Shown: positions 7,886 to 18,564 of the stretch, in pieces
Layout of the letters: each line of letters begins with the position of its first letter
Position numbering within the stretch: the first letter of the stretch is position 1
Virus record (IMG/VR): IMGVR_UViG_3300020336_000019
Coordinates: 1-38,729 of that record
DNA from: a virus
Taxonomy: Duplodnaviria > Caudoviricetes
DNA: 38,729 nt
Reading direction: 5' to 3' (one strand)
The notes under the pieces: model-generated
The model's database searches: none
What the model was told of the DNA's origin: nothing
What the model saw: only the letters and a program-made list of their open reading frames with translations
Position numbers and translations under genes: made by a program

Positions 7886-9324
7886 TGGCAAGAATGGAAG
7901 ACCAAGCTATATGGGACTTAACTGTTCAAGGCTTAAATAATTACCAAGAAAACTATAATATTGATTTAGTCGAATCATTTCGTCCGTGGGGTTTTAATAC
8001 GTTTGAAGACATTGCTAAGATGTTTTGGATAATTGCAGAAGCTGAGTCTGCGTTTGATCCGTGGACTGCTGGCGATAACGGTGACAGTGTTGGATTATGG
8101 CAATCTAATATTAAAAATTATGAAAATGGAGGCAGAAACAAGTTAGGCTATTCACACGATGAAGTAGCGGGAGATGTTAATAAGCAGATAGAAACTGCTA
8201 TTCAAACTGCTGTTGAGCGATTGGAGTATCCAAATACTCCTATTTCTGAATTAGGAATACCGGGATTTGAAGATGTTCAGATTTCTATACAGCATCCGTT
8301 TTCTCCATGGAGCGTATATTTATTAGCTGGCTCTGATTCTGAAGGAGGAAATCTTTTTAATCGTGGAATGAATTTCTGGAATGACTTTTCTAGTAATCAG
8401 CCTAGCAATACGTTACCTAATCCTTCTGTGGCTCAACCGTCTACTCAACCTGCTACTCAATCAGAAATGGGACTTACTCCAGAAGGATTGGCGCGATATC
8501 AAGAAGCTGTAGCTGCATATGAAAATCAAGATGTCGCTGGCATTCAAGCTAAAGCTGATAGTTGGAATACTTACGCCGATACTATTGCTAATGCAGTAAA
8601 CAGTAATGCTTTTTATCTTGATGCGTTTGGTGACGATACTGAAGCGTCGGCTAGAAATCAAGCAATGCAAGAGCTTTCGCATTTAATAGATGCGCCTAAT
8701 ATTGAAGACTTTTATGAAGAAATAAATATACAACCTACTCAAGCGTATCAAACAGCACCGCAATTTCAGGTAGCACCAGAGGTAACTCAAGCTGAATTAG
8801 ACCAAGATAGATTTAATTCTACTGCGTTAATAGGTAGAAATATTATGCAAGGGTTGCCTACTGGTGAAGCACAAATGAATGTTAGTCCAGAAGTTTATCA
8901 AAACTTAATGGAATTAGGTCCATCTGCAGGACTTGATCCAGCTTTATTATTTGGTGGTCCTGAAGGTGGGCAACTAGCAACACCAACTATGGACACAATA
9001 GCTAAAGCTACTCCAATGGAACGTGAAAATTGGAATGCTGCTGCTTCAATGTTTGAGTTGCCTGATTTTACTGACTTAGCAGGTGCTACTAAGCGAAGAT
9101 GGAGTGGTCGTAAAGAAACTGGTTCTGGTCTTATGAATACAGCACCACGACCTGCACGACCAAGTATCGGTGGTTTAGGTGGCGCTTTGGGTAGTGTTCG
9201 TAGAGGTGCATTAGGTACACCTAATAGAACTCCAACTAACTATCGTTCACCAAATTCTCCAAGCAGAAACAAAGCAGCAGCAATTCGTTCTGGACGAGCA
9301 GGTCAAATTAGAAGTTCGAGGTAG
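7885..9324 (+). CDS. Putative ejection protein with N-terminal lytic transglycosylase (SLT-like) domain
   Basis: IIAEAESAFDPWTAGDNGDSVGLWQSN contains the catalytic ES and GLxQ motifs, followed by FSPWSVY. Arg-rich C-terminus. Confidence 0.75.
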   Translation: MARMEDQAIWDLTVQGLNNYQENYNIDLVESFRPWGFNTFEDIAKMFWIIAEAESAFDPWTAGDNGDSVGLWQSNIKNYENGGRNKLGYSHDEVAGDVNKQIETAIQTAVERLEYPNTPISELGIPGFEDVQISIQHPFSPWSVYLLAGSDSEGGNLFNRGMNFWNDFSSNQPSNTLPNPSVAQPSTQPATQSEMGLTPEGLARYQEAVAAYENQDVAGIQAKADSWNTYADTIANAVNSNAFYLDAFGDDTEASARNQAMQELSHLIDAPNIEDFYEEINIQPTQAYQTAPQFQVAPEVTQAELDQDRFNSTALIGRNIMQGLPTGEAQMNVSPEVYQNLMELGPSAGLDPALLFGGPEGGQLATPTMDTIAKATPMERENWNAAASMFELPDFTDLAGATKRRWSGRKETGSGLMNTAPRPARPSIGGLGGALGSVRRGALGTPNRTPTNYRSPNSPSRNKAAAIRSGRAGQIRSSR

Positions 9325-9326
9325 TA

Positions 9327-12300
9327 ATGGTTTACCGTTCTTTTCAGGAACAAGCTCGTACAACCGCTCCGTCTGGGGTATCTGGTATAGGACAAGTAGT
9401 TCAGCCCGGAGAAATTCTAGCTGAAGAAGACATGCAGTTTAAGTTTCAGCCTCCGCAGGGACAACAATCAACATTAGGTAAAATTGGAAGCACAATAGCT
9501 GCAGTCGATAAGCCAATATCAGAACGTCTTGGATTTCAAATACCTGAGATGCGTGGACCTCTTGATGAAATAGGAAACTTTGTACTTCGCGAAGGTTCAC
9601 GCCCAACCAACTTATTGTTTGCATTACCGGGAGCAGGATGGGGTGCAAAAGGTGCATTAACTGCAGGTCGCGCTGCTACAAAAGCAGCTAATCTTGCTCG
9701 GTTTGGAGGTAGAACTCCTACACTTGGACGTGGTGTAGCTAAAGTAGCAGAGCCATTATCTAGATTCGCTGTGGGGGCGACGGAACCATTTGGTACATTC
9801 GGCGGTAGATTACCTTACCGAATAGGTGCGGAAATGGGTGGTGGTGTATTAATGGCTGGCTTAAGCCGTTCTGCAATGGATGCAATACCAGAAGATGCAC
9901 ACTGGTCAGTTAAATTGGCTACTGGATTAGGGGCTGGTTTACTTGCAGGTGGGATGGCAGCTAAAGCTGGTATGTACCTTCCAACTAAATTTCCAGGACT
10001 GGTTAATCAACAAGCTATGGCTAAAGTATGGGCTGCTAGGTCAATTGCAGAAGTAACAAAAAATGCAGCATTAAGAGGTATTCCTAATCAAAGTATGCAA
10101 GGGCAAATAAAAGATATTGAAGGCTTAGCTTTGAAACTTGCTGATCAAGAACAATTTACTCTTAATGAAAGCGGTTATCCGACACCAATAAGAGAAGGAT
10201 TAAATCAATCTGCGCTTGAAGCTATTGATAGACCCACATTATTAGATGGTGAAGATGGAATAATTAGTCCTGACCTTTCTGGGCCACGTTTATCAAGGGG
10301 TTTTGATTTTGAAGCTGGTCGTTATGAAGCTAATTTAGATACTGCTATTAAAGCATCTCAAGATGCTAGTAATCATTTAAAAAAATTCAAAGAAGGACGA
10401 GAAAATTATCCTGATCCTTTTAAAGAATTTGAGCGTTTAGAACTATATGATGAAGCGCCTCCTTTATATGAACAAATAGAAAATGTACTTACAAAAGCTT
10501 ATCAAAATCCAGAAGGAGAAGAAGGTCTTTGGCTAACATCGTTACGTAATTTTCTTGTAGATGAACGTAATATGGGGCCATTAAAAGCAGAAAGCTATTT
10601 GCAGGACTTTGCGAATGCTGACAGATTTTTAGCCGAATCAACTGAATTAGAATTAGGCTTATTAAAACCACGCGCTGATGATGCATTTAAAGTAAATAAC
10701 TTGGATGGCAAACGAGTCAGCATATGGGATAAAAGTATTACAAGTAATCTTAATAATAAGAAAATTAATGCTGCAGTAACAGAAGTAATTAGAAACAATC
10801 CAGACCAATTTGATATTCGTAAAACATTACCATTACCACTCACAGGTAGAGGTGCAGAAAATCCATATGCTGATTCAAATGAAGCTATAGCAAAATACTT
10901 AGAGATGGATGAAGCAGCACCTGAATTAGAAGTTCAAAGATTAAGCAGTGAAAATGCTTTCGATACAATGACTGATATAGATAGATTAGAGCTTACTCCC
11001 GGTAGTGCTATAGCTGGTAAAGGGTATTTAGAAAATCTTAAAGCATTAAATAAATTTTTAAGATCTCGCAAAGAAACACAGGAATTTGATTTAGGACAAG
11101 CGCAACTTCGATTTCCTGATCGTGAAGATCAAATAAGATTAACTGCTAACAATCCAAATACTTTAGACGCTATACGAAAATCTCCATCTAAAGCTTTTTT
11201 TGATAATGCAGGAAATGTATTACGTATCTATAAACGGCAAGAAAACCGAACTAGATTTGCTGATGTTCAAGCAAAAACAGCAAAAGGTAATATGCCTCGA
11301 AGTCAAAGCGCAAAAATAGATGATGTATCTATTCGTATTACTGATCCTGCATTACGTGAATTTTTATCTAATCTATATGCAAGAATAAAATCAGGCGACG
11401 CTAAAGAAAACGCTGCTGATTTAATAATGCGTGATATTGATACATATGAAAATTTATCTCCTGTTGCTAAGCAATTACTTGATGCTAGTGATGCAGGGCG
11501 ACCTACTAAAAAACAATATTTAGAAACAATACGAAGTAGAGCGGAAGCTAAAGAATTTATTGAAAAAGATGATGGATTACCTGATTTATCAAAACAAAAA
11601 GAGTTAGACCTAATAGAAAAACAATTAGGATCTTCGGTAGAACAAGCTCAACGTAGTCAGCAAACTGCTGAAAATATATTAGTTAATTTTTTAGGACATA
11701 CACCAAGCGGTCGTCCTGGACAATGGTATAGATCAGCTGATGGCGCTGTAGAAATGCGTCTTGATAGTAATGGCAATCTTGATGATGTTCGTTGGCAAGA
11801 GCCTGAAGCATTACGCGATGGAGTAGAAGAATTTCAAGCTCGGCAATTAGAAAAGCAGCAGTTAATTGAAGAAGGCGAATTAAAGCCTAATCAAGCGTTA
11901 CCTGAAGATAGGTATGGCATTACTACTCGTGGTCTTGGGGCTAAGGCAATTGTTGATCTTATAGCTGATCATGGAATGAAAACTGTACAAGTACCTGATT
12001 CAGGTCCAATGTCTGCATTCTATCAAGAGTTAGGTTTCCAAGAAATTGGACGTACACCTTTTGAAAATGCGCGTGGGGCTTTACCAGATTGGGATGTAGA
12101 TTTATATGGACGACCTGACATAATTACGCTTGCGTATATGGGAGGTTTAAGAAAAGGAGTTGTAAATAATGCAGGAAGAATTACGGATGGAATCGTCAAC
12201 AAAGTCGGAGAATTTGGCGAATACCAAGGAACCAGAAATATTATCGAAAACCTCAGCGAAGCCCAAGGAATTGGGGCAAGAATATCAGAACTCTCGGAAA

Positions 12301-15300
12301 AGTATGGCGGAAAGCGATTTAACCAACTCTTTGATGACTCAGAAGCAGCGGGAGAATTTGCACTCTTATCAAGAGAAACTGGTCCGAGCTTTGATGAGTT
12401 AGCAGGGTACGATAGAACTAGTGTTGATGATCCAGGCCAAAGATTTCAATCTCCTGTTCCTGAATACGCTCCTAAATTAAATAGAGATATGAAAACCTTT
12501 ATTAAACGAAATAGAGGTGCAATACGAGCTACTGGTTCTAATGTGAGTGAAACAATTACATTAAGTAGAGTCGTTCGAGGACCAAAAGGTCAGTTTGAAT
12601 CAATTGCAGAAAATTATGTAATTGATAGAGAAACAGGAAATTTAATTAGTGAAGACCTTCAAATTGAAATAGGTGAGCAATTAGACAGTTGGGGTAAGCA
12701 ATTAGGTAGAACCCGTACTGCAGCTAAAGCATTAGCTATTGAAAAACAACGCGCTCAAAACGATTGGAATGCAACACAGCCTCCTGAAGACCCGTCTTTA
12801 TTAGATCGCATGTTAAGCAACGTAGTACGTGGTCGTTTTAATCCTAATGCTGCTGCATTAGCTCTTGATTACACGCAAGCTCGTAGGCAAATTGGCGATG
12901 CCGTTTCGTATCAAAAAGATAAAGATTTTTATGAAGCAAGAAAAGGCAATCTTGCGATTGAAGATAGGAAGACTGGAATAGTATCTTCTGTTGAAGGATT
13001 AATTCAAGTACGTCCGTATGTTGATTATGCTGGAGTACGACACGAAGGTTTAATGACTTACGTTCCTCCGGGAAAAACTATTAAAAAAACAGTTATGACT
13101 CCAGATGGAGAAAGAATTGAAGCTGTTGTTTTTGATGCTAGGGACCCAGAAGTGTGGGGTGCTGAAGGAGTTGATTCTTGGAATAATTTAATGGTTCCGC
13201 TTGAGCGAGTAAGAATTGCAGAAGAAATGCAATTAGATGATGCAGGACGCTCAATTACTCAATTTGATTTAGCGGAAGCAGCGCAAGAACAACGGCGCGT
13301 AGGTCAAGGAATAAAAGAATCAGGTTGGATTCCTTTAGGGGACTTTATTGAAAATTCTAATTTACATAGAACTCCAGACGGTTCTACATTATTAGGTTCG
13401 TATGGGCTAGGTAGGCAATTTCAGTTTACTGAGACTATTGATGTTCCGTCATTACGTCGTGGAGGTCTTGATAAAACTCAATTTACTAAACGAACAGGTC
13501 GTGCTGCTCCGGGCTTTAATGACAAAGAACTGCAGTTCAATATACAAGAATTAGCTTTTAATAATCAAAGTCTTGATTTTTCAAAAAGCTTAACTCAAAT
13601 GATCGCAACAAGACTTAAAGCAGGTCTTGATTCTTTAAACGCTCAAAACTTTAAAAACGATGTTTCTAAGATTGGAACTACTGCATACGAACAATTAGCG
13701 ATTTCAAATCCTGGACTTTTGCAACAACATGCATCAATTATGGCAAAGCTGTATCGAGCTATTGATCCAGATAATGATGTATCTGCTAAAGCTGAGCGCA
13801 AAGCTATTGACCAAATGGATAAGTACGCTACACGTATTTTAAATAAAGTAGAAAATGAGTTAGATAGAATGGCTAACGATAAAAAGTTTGATCGTTTTAG
13901 TGCTCGTGAACTTCAAGCAAATATGCGTGAAATTAATGACGCAATGCTTGAGTTTTCTGATTTAAATTTACAAGTTGAACGGTTAGTTATTCAAGGTCGA
14001 CAAATGCGTGGCCGTCAACAAGTATTAGAAAATCAGTTAACTGGTACAAGTTCTCTCCCAGAAGGTGCTGGTGGTCGAGTTGTACCAGAAAATGAAATTT
14101 TTGATTTGGAATACAATCCAGGTCGAAAAAGATGGTTGGAAAACAATGAAAATTACATCCGCGCACAAAGTTGGGATAAAATCCTTCAACGTTTAACGGC
14201 TCAAATAACCGTAAAATACAATTTATTAGCTCAAGAATTTGCTCAGTATGGTTTACCGCTACCCGAAAGTCTTGCTCGACTAGAAGGCAATCTTCCAGGG
14301 CAAAGCCCTCCTACTTCAATAGGTGATATTGGAAGAACGGAAGTAGATCGATTAGGTCGTGCAGCTGAGCGTAATTTAAATATGCAAGTAGAAGAACAGT
14401 TGCAATTACGTGGGTTAACTGAAGATGCATGGCCTTTAAGACTACCTGTAAAGCAAGGGTTAGCATCTGGTGATGCACCGTATTACGTTACTGATGAAAT
14501 TGTCGTGGGTTTACTGGAAAGTAAATTAGGTCCTGAATTTTATAGACTAATTAAAGATTATTATAAATCTACATCTTCTCCTAGGTATCGAGATTTACAA
14601 TTGGGAGAAGATGCTGCAAAGCGCAGAGTGAGAGCTCATATTGCTGGGTGGTATCAAGACCGCGGATTGGGACTTTCCTCTGGGGAAACAGCTATTGCTG
14701 GAAATAGAATTGCAAATAACCCAGAATTAGTTACTTTAGTTCTTGAAGGCATGAGTCGTGGAAAAATAAAACGCGATGTAATGACTGCTATTTTGGAAAA
14801 TCCACATCAATCACCGGCAATAGGAAGGCTTCAAGTCGAACTACTCTCTATATCTAAGACTGCAAATGATGGTCAAGGCATACAAGGTCGTGAAGCATTA
14901 GAAGATCAGATAGATAGTATTGGGCGACAGCTTAGTGGCACTACAGTTGAATTTAGTAAAAAAATTAAAAACGAATACTTGAATTTAAACAAACTTTACA
15001 TTGATTTGCTGCGCGAAAAAGGTAATATTACTGAAGAACTATCTACAATTACTCAACTTAATGCTGACCAAAAAATAAATGTTCAAAAAGCTCGTGAAGG
15101 TGGAACTGCTGAACGAGCAAAAGCTATTGAGAAAATACAATCTCGTGATGCAATGCAGATATCAACGGCTCAATATAATACTAAAAAAGAAATGGTTAGG
15201 TATGCACAGCGCATGTTTAACCAGACAGGTGCGTTTAATAAATACATTAAGAATGTTACTGATAAGCAAATAGCGCGTGAAAAGAAAAGAGCAGACGCAT

Positions 15301-17717
15301 TTGTGACTGCTAATAAAGAACTTATTGAAGTTACTGAAGATATCAACCAGTTTGTTACACGATTTAATAATCAATTAGGATTAGAAAGTTTAAGTAAATT
15401 AGCGCCACAAATCGGGAATCCAAATTTGCGAGTAATGCCAGATGTAGCAAGAGAATTTGCTTCTAATGCACAATTAATGCCTCAAGAGGCTCCTACTGGA
15501 CCGCTTAAAATCTTTTCTGATTTAAACGCAGAGATGCGTCAAATTTCAGCAACACTAGATTTTTCAGGTACAGCAATACAAGGAATTTTTGCTGCTGGTG
15601 CTCATCCGATAGAGTTTGCTAAAGCGTGGACTATGGTTACAAAAAGCGTAGTTGCTGATAATGATGCTTGGTATAACTGGATGAAAGCAAATGAAGATTT
15701 AATTGATGAATACTTACGACTAGGTGGAGTATGGACACATCCAGGAGGGTCAGAAGAATTCTTTTTAAGAGCTAACACTCCAGTAATATCTGGAATATCT
15801 CGTATAACTAATCAAACTGAACTTACTAGAAAACTAGGGGAAACATTAGGAAAAGGTCGAGATTTATCGAACATGCATTTTTCGCGTATTGGTAATGCGA
15901 ATCGAATGCTTATGTTTAAAAAATGGCGCGAAGGTAAAGGTTTTTATAAATTACTAAAAAACAAAGAAATGCCTATACAAGAACAGCGTGAAGTTGTGAA
16001 AATGATTAATGCTGCTACTGGTTATGCGTCTGATTACAATCCGGGAACTATTGCACAAGCAGCATTGTTTGCTCCTAGATTTTTTGCATCTCAATTAAAA
16101 ATGTTAAGTGGTGCAGCTACAAGAAACGATACAGCTGGTCAACTAGCTCGCAGTTTAATGATGACTACTATAATGACTGGTGCAGTTATTGTTGAATCTT
16201 TAAACAGTGCTCTAGGTGAAGAAACTGATTGGCGACCAATAAAGTTTACAAGACAAGGGACCGCATACTGGAATACAAACTTTATGCGTATTCGTAATGT
16301 TGGCGGTCGAGATGTTTCGTTGTTTGGTCCATATGATTCATTAGCAGGGTTGCTAGTAACTGGAATGGCTCAAGGTCCAGAATCAATGATAACTAAAGGG
16401 TTACGTCAAAAAGCAAGCCCTATTTCTCAACGTGTATATGATGCGTTCCAAGGCAGTGATTTTTATGGAAATAAAATTACATTTAATATGCTAAACGATA
16501 CATCTGGCACAATTAATACTGTTCGCAATATGGCTCAAAATTCATACACTCCGTTTTATGTATCGGATGTAACTGAAGATATTGTTGATGGGCGTACAAG
16601 TGTGGGTTCAATACCATTAGCTGCAGGTGCGTTTCTGGGATTAAAGACATCTCCTATGTCTCTTTCTGAAGTAATGCAAAAGGATGTTATTGCATGGGTT
16701 GATGAATTGACTCCCGAAATAAAAATGGAATTAGGGTTGATATATGAAGATGGTGGCACACTATCTGAAATGGAAATTACTAAATACTCAGATTTAACAG
16801 GTGCGGCTCAAGCGGCGTTTAATGAGGTACATCCTGATAACAAACAAAGATTAACAGAGAATCTTGAACGATTAGCTACTAGTGGTGATGTAGCAGCTAT
16901 TTCTAGATTAAATAAAATTATGATTGAAGAAACTGCTGAACGAGATCAAGAAGCATTAGCTGATGCATTTTTAAGATGGAGAGGTAATGTTCCTGACCCT
17001 AATTTAGGTTATGTAGTTCCTGTAGACATTTCGAAAATTCTTGCTGAAATAACTAATATTAGGTATCGCTCGTGGAAAGCGCGTAAAACTCAAGATGAAT
17101 TCTTTGAAACAGAAATAACTAATTCAACTTCAGACAATCCTACAACTCAAGCAGTTAGTCGTTATTACGACGCAATGGATTCCAGTTCAGTCCCAGGAAC
17201 TAACGAAGTTGTTTGGCCTGAATTTAATAGAAAAGTCGGAGAGCTGTACAAAGAATTTACTCCTGAGCAAATAGCAATGATTGAAAATCGTTCGCCAGCT
17301 AAAATACATCCTGTATTTCAACCGTATTGGGATGCACGTCAACGAGTTAATCAAAGCGAATACTACCGTATTTCTGATCAGATTTACCAAAACCCTCAAG
17401 TACAAAATGCAATTGCGGCTGTAATTGGAGTAGAAAATACGCCTCCATATTATGAATTGTTTAGCACAATGGTTGAAGATTTACGTGCAGATCCTGATCC
17501 GCAAAGGCAACAAATAGGAGTTATTTTAGGACAAATTATGAATAAATTAAGTCCTTTAGTTACCCGACAAAGACAGCAATTACTTATAACTGATTCTAGT
17601 TCAGGAGGGAGATTACGAGAAGACTTAGAACTAATTGGACGAATTAGACCTCAAGCTCAAGCAACGAATAGTTATAACCCATCATTTGGACCATCAATGG
17701 TTAGTGCTGGGAATTGA
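9327..17717 (+). CDS. Giant (2796 aa) internal virion / polyvalent ejection protein
   Basis: Size and position. Gly/Ala-rich hydrophobic N-terminus, coiled-coil middle, GNAT-like FYQELGF segment, amphipathic C-terminal region typical of podovirus ejection proteins. Confidence 0.7.
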   Translation: MVYRSFQEQARTTAPSGVSGIGQVVQPGEILAEEDMQFKFQPPQGQQSTLGKIGSTIAAVDKPISERLGFQIPEMRGPLDEIGNFVLREGSRPTNLLFALPGAGWGAKGALTAGRAATKAANLARFGGRTPTLGRGVAKVAEPLSRFAVGATEPFGTFGGRLPYRIGAEMGGGVLMAGLSRSAMDAIPEDAHWSVKLATGLGAGLLAGGMAAKAGMYLPTKFPGLVNQQAMAKVWAARSIAEVTKNAALRGIPNQSMQGQIKDIEGLALKLADQEQFTLNESGYPTPIREGLNQSALEAIDRPTLLDGEDGIISPDLSGPRLSRGFDFEAGRYEANLDTAIKASQDASNHLKKFKEGRENYPDPFKEFERLELYDEAPPLYEQIENVLTKAYQNPEGEEGLWLTSLRNFLVDERNMGPLKAESYLQDFANADRFLAESTELELGLLKPRADDAFKVNNLDGKRVSIWDKSITSNLNNKKINAAVTEVIRNNPDQFDIRKTLPLPLTGRGAENPYADSNEAIAKYLEMDEAAPELEVQRLSSENAFDTMTDIDRLELTPGSAIAGKGYLENLKALNKFLRSRKETQEFDLGQAQLRFPDREDQIRLTANNPNTLDAIRKSPSKAFFDNAGNVLRIYKRQENRTRFADVQAKTAKGNMPRSQSAKIDDVSIRITDPALREFLSNLYARIKSGDAKENAADLIMRDIDTYENLSPVAKQLLDASDAGRPTKKQYLETIRSRAEAKEFIEKDDGLPDLSKQKELDLIEKQLGSSVEQAQRSQQTAENILVNFLGHTPSGRPGQWYRSADGAVEMRLDSNGNLDDVRWQEPEALRDGVEEFQARQLEKQQLIEEGELKPNQALPEDRYGITTRGLGAKAIVDLIADHGMKTVQVPDSGPMSAFYQELGFQEIGRTPFENARGALPDWDVDLYGRPDIITLAYMGGLRKGVVNNAGRITDGIVNKVGEFGEYQGTRNIIENLSEAQGIGARISELSEKYGGKRFNQLFDDSEAAGEFALLSRETGPSFDELAGYDRTSVDDPGQRFQSPVPEYAPKLNRDMKTFIKRNRGAIRATGSNVSETITLSRVVRGPKGQFESIAENYVIDRETGNLISEDLQIEIGEQLDSWGKQLGRTRTAAKALAIEKQRAQNDWNATQPPEDPSLLDRMLSNVVRGRFNPNAAALALDYTQARRQIGDAVSYQKDKDFYEARKGNLAIEDRKTGIVSSVEGLIQVRPYVDYAGVRHEGLMTYVPPGKTIKKTVMTPDGERIEAVVFDARDPEVWGAEGVDSWNNLMVPLERVRIAEEMQLDDAGRSITQFDLAEAAQEQRRVGQGIKESGWIPLGDFIENSNLHRTPDGSTLLGSYGLGRQFQFTETIDVPSLRRGGLDKTQFTKRTGRAAPGFNDKELQFNIQELAFNNQSLDFSKSLTQMIATRLKAGLDSLNAQNFKNDVSKIGTTAYEQLAISNPGLLQQHASIMAKLYRAIDPDNDVSAKAERKAIDQMDKYATRILNKVENELDRMANDKKFDRFSARELQANMREINDAMLEFSDLNLQVERLVIQGRQMRGRQQVLENQLTGTSSLPEGAGGRVVPENEIFDLEYNPGRKRWLENNENYIRAQSWDKILQRLTAQITVKYNLLAQEFAQYGLPLPESLARLEGNLPGQSPPTSIGDIGRTEVDRLGRAAERNLNMQVEEQLQLRGLTEDAWPLRLPVKQGLASGDAPYYVTDEIVVGLLESKLGPEFYRLIKDYYKSTSSPRYRDLQLGEDAAKRRVRAHIAGWYQDRGLGLSSGETAIAGNRIANNPELVTLVLEGMSRGKIKRDVMTAILENPHQSPAIGRLQVELLSISKTANDGQGIQGREALEDQIDSIGRQLSGTTVEFSKKIKNEYLNLNKLYIDLLREKGNITEELSTITQLNADQKINVQKAREGGTAERAKAIEKIQSRDAMQISTAQYNTKKEMVRYAQRMFNQTGAFNKYIKNVTDKQIAREKKRADAFVTANKELIEVTEDINQFVTRFNNQLGLESLSKLAPQIGNPNLRVMPDVAREFASNAQLMPQEAPTGPLKIFSDLNAEMRQISATLDFSGTAIQGIFAAGAHPIEFAKAWTMVTKSVVADNDAWYNWMKANEDLIDEYLRLGGVWTHPGGSEEFFLRANTPVISGISRITNQTELTRKLGETLGKGRDLSNMHFSRIGNANRMLMFKKWREGKGFYKLLKNKEMPIQEQREVVKMINAATGYASDYNPGTIAQAALFAPRFFASQLKMLSGAATRNDTAGQLARSLMMTTIMTGAVIVESLNSALGEETDWRPIKFTRQGTAYWNTNFMRIRNVGGRDVSLFGPYDSLAGLLVTGMAQGPESMITKGLRQKASPISQRVYDAFQGSDFYGNKITFNMLNDTSGTINTVRNMAQNSYTPFYVSDVTEDIVDGRTSVGSIPLAAGAFLGLKTSPMSLSEVMQKDVIAWVDELTPEIKMELGLIYEDGGTLSEMEITKYSDLTGAAQAAFNEVHPDNKQRLTENLERLATSGDVAAISRLNKIMIEETAERDQEALADAFLRWRGNVPDPNLGYVVPVDISKILAEITNIRYRSWKARKTQDEFFETEITNSTSDNPTTQAVSRYYDAMDSSSVPGTNEVVWPEFNRKVGELYKEFTPEQIAMIENRSPAKIHPVFQPYWDARQRVNQSEYYRISDQIYQNPQVQNAIAAVIGVENTPPYYELFSTMVEDLRADPDPQRQQIGVILGQIMNKLSPLVTRQRQQLLITDSSSGGRLREDLELIGRIRPQAQATNSYNPSFGPSMVSAGN

Positions 17718-17760
17718 CGAACTTATAAAAATACAAGACAATAATTGAAAGGAGAACCAA

Positions 17761-18552
17761 GTGGTTAACGAAGCTGCTCCCATTTCTCAAAGTAATATGG
17801 ATGCTCCCAACGACGATCTAGATGTCGCTGAGGATACATTTATTCTTGAGGATGAAGACTCGGCAGAAGTTCTTGAGACGGAATACGCAACAAAAGATGA
17901 ATTGGACAAAATGCGTCCAATGATCGGTCGCGCTACATCTGCTCTTGACCAACTTCAAAATCGTACAAATTCTATGGTGTCGCAAGATGATTTACAGACT
18001 GTACGTCAGGAGATTAATCAACTTCGTGATTTGTTTGAATTAGGAATTCGAGACATGGCATCGGAAGATGTTATGAACGAAATCAGAAATCAACGATACG
18101 AAATTGATAAACAAACTGAACGTGAGACTTTACGATCTGAGCTACTCCAAGAACTTGGTCAATCTAACGATACAACAAACGACTCACCAGATCTAAATGA
18201 GGCAGCCTTACAAACGGCTTCAAACCAAGTAATAGCATACGCAAGGGGTAAAGGAATTGATCCTAATCTTTTGTCTGCTGATACATGGAATATGAAGCCG
18301 GGACAAACTCTAGCAGAAGCAGTTAAAGATGCTGAAGATGCTATTGATAGTATGGCTAATGAAGATACTTCTTCGGCTCGACGCTCAAAAAGAAAGAGCG
18401 CCGACCCCCAAAATGGAGCTTCGCCTTCTAGAGCAGGTGGTTCTACGTCATATCGAGGATTGAATCTTGAGAAATTGTCAAAAATGACGCAAAGCGAAAT
18501 TGCTGCTCTCCCAAAAGAAGTAGTCGATAGCGTTTTGCAAAAAGGAGTATAA
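17761..18552 (+). CDS. Putative capsid scaffolding protein
   Basis: Acidic N-terminus, coiled coil, C-terminal LSKMTQSEIAAL motif. Directly upstream of the capsid gene. AAGGAG SD before GTG. Confidence 0.75.
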   Translation: MVNEAAPISQSNMDAPNDDLDVAEDTFILEDEDSAEVLETEYATKDELDKMRPMIGRATSALDQLQNRTNSMVSQDDLQTVRQEINQLRDLFELGIRDMASEDVMNEIRNQRYEIDKQTERETLRSELLQELGQSNDTTNDSPDLNEAALQTASNQVIAYARGKGIDPNLLSADTWNMKPGQTLAEAVKDAEDAIDSMANEDTSSARRSKRKSADPQNGASPSRAGGSTSYRGLNLEKLSKMTQSEIAALPKEVVDSVLQKGV

Positions 18553-18564
18553 GGAGTAATAGCT

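Noticed and set aside
9327-17717. Virion RNA polymerase (N4- or crAss-like) in the giant ORF
   Set aside because: I found no DxDGD or T7-type catalytic motifs.
17714-17745. Promoter before the scaffold gene (TTGACG-17-GACAAT)
   Set aside because: Good -35 but the -10 lacks the first T. Plausible, but too weak to call.
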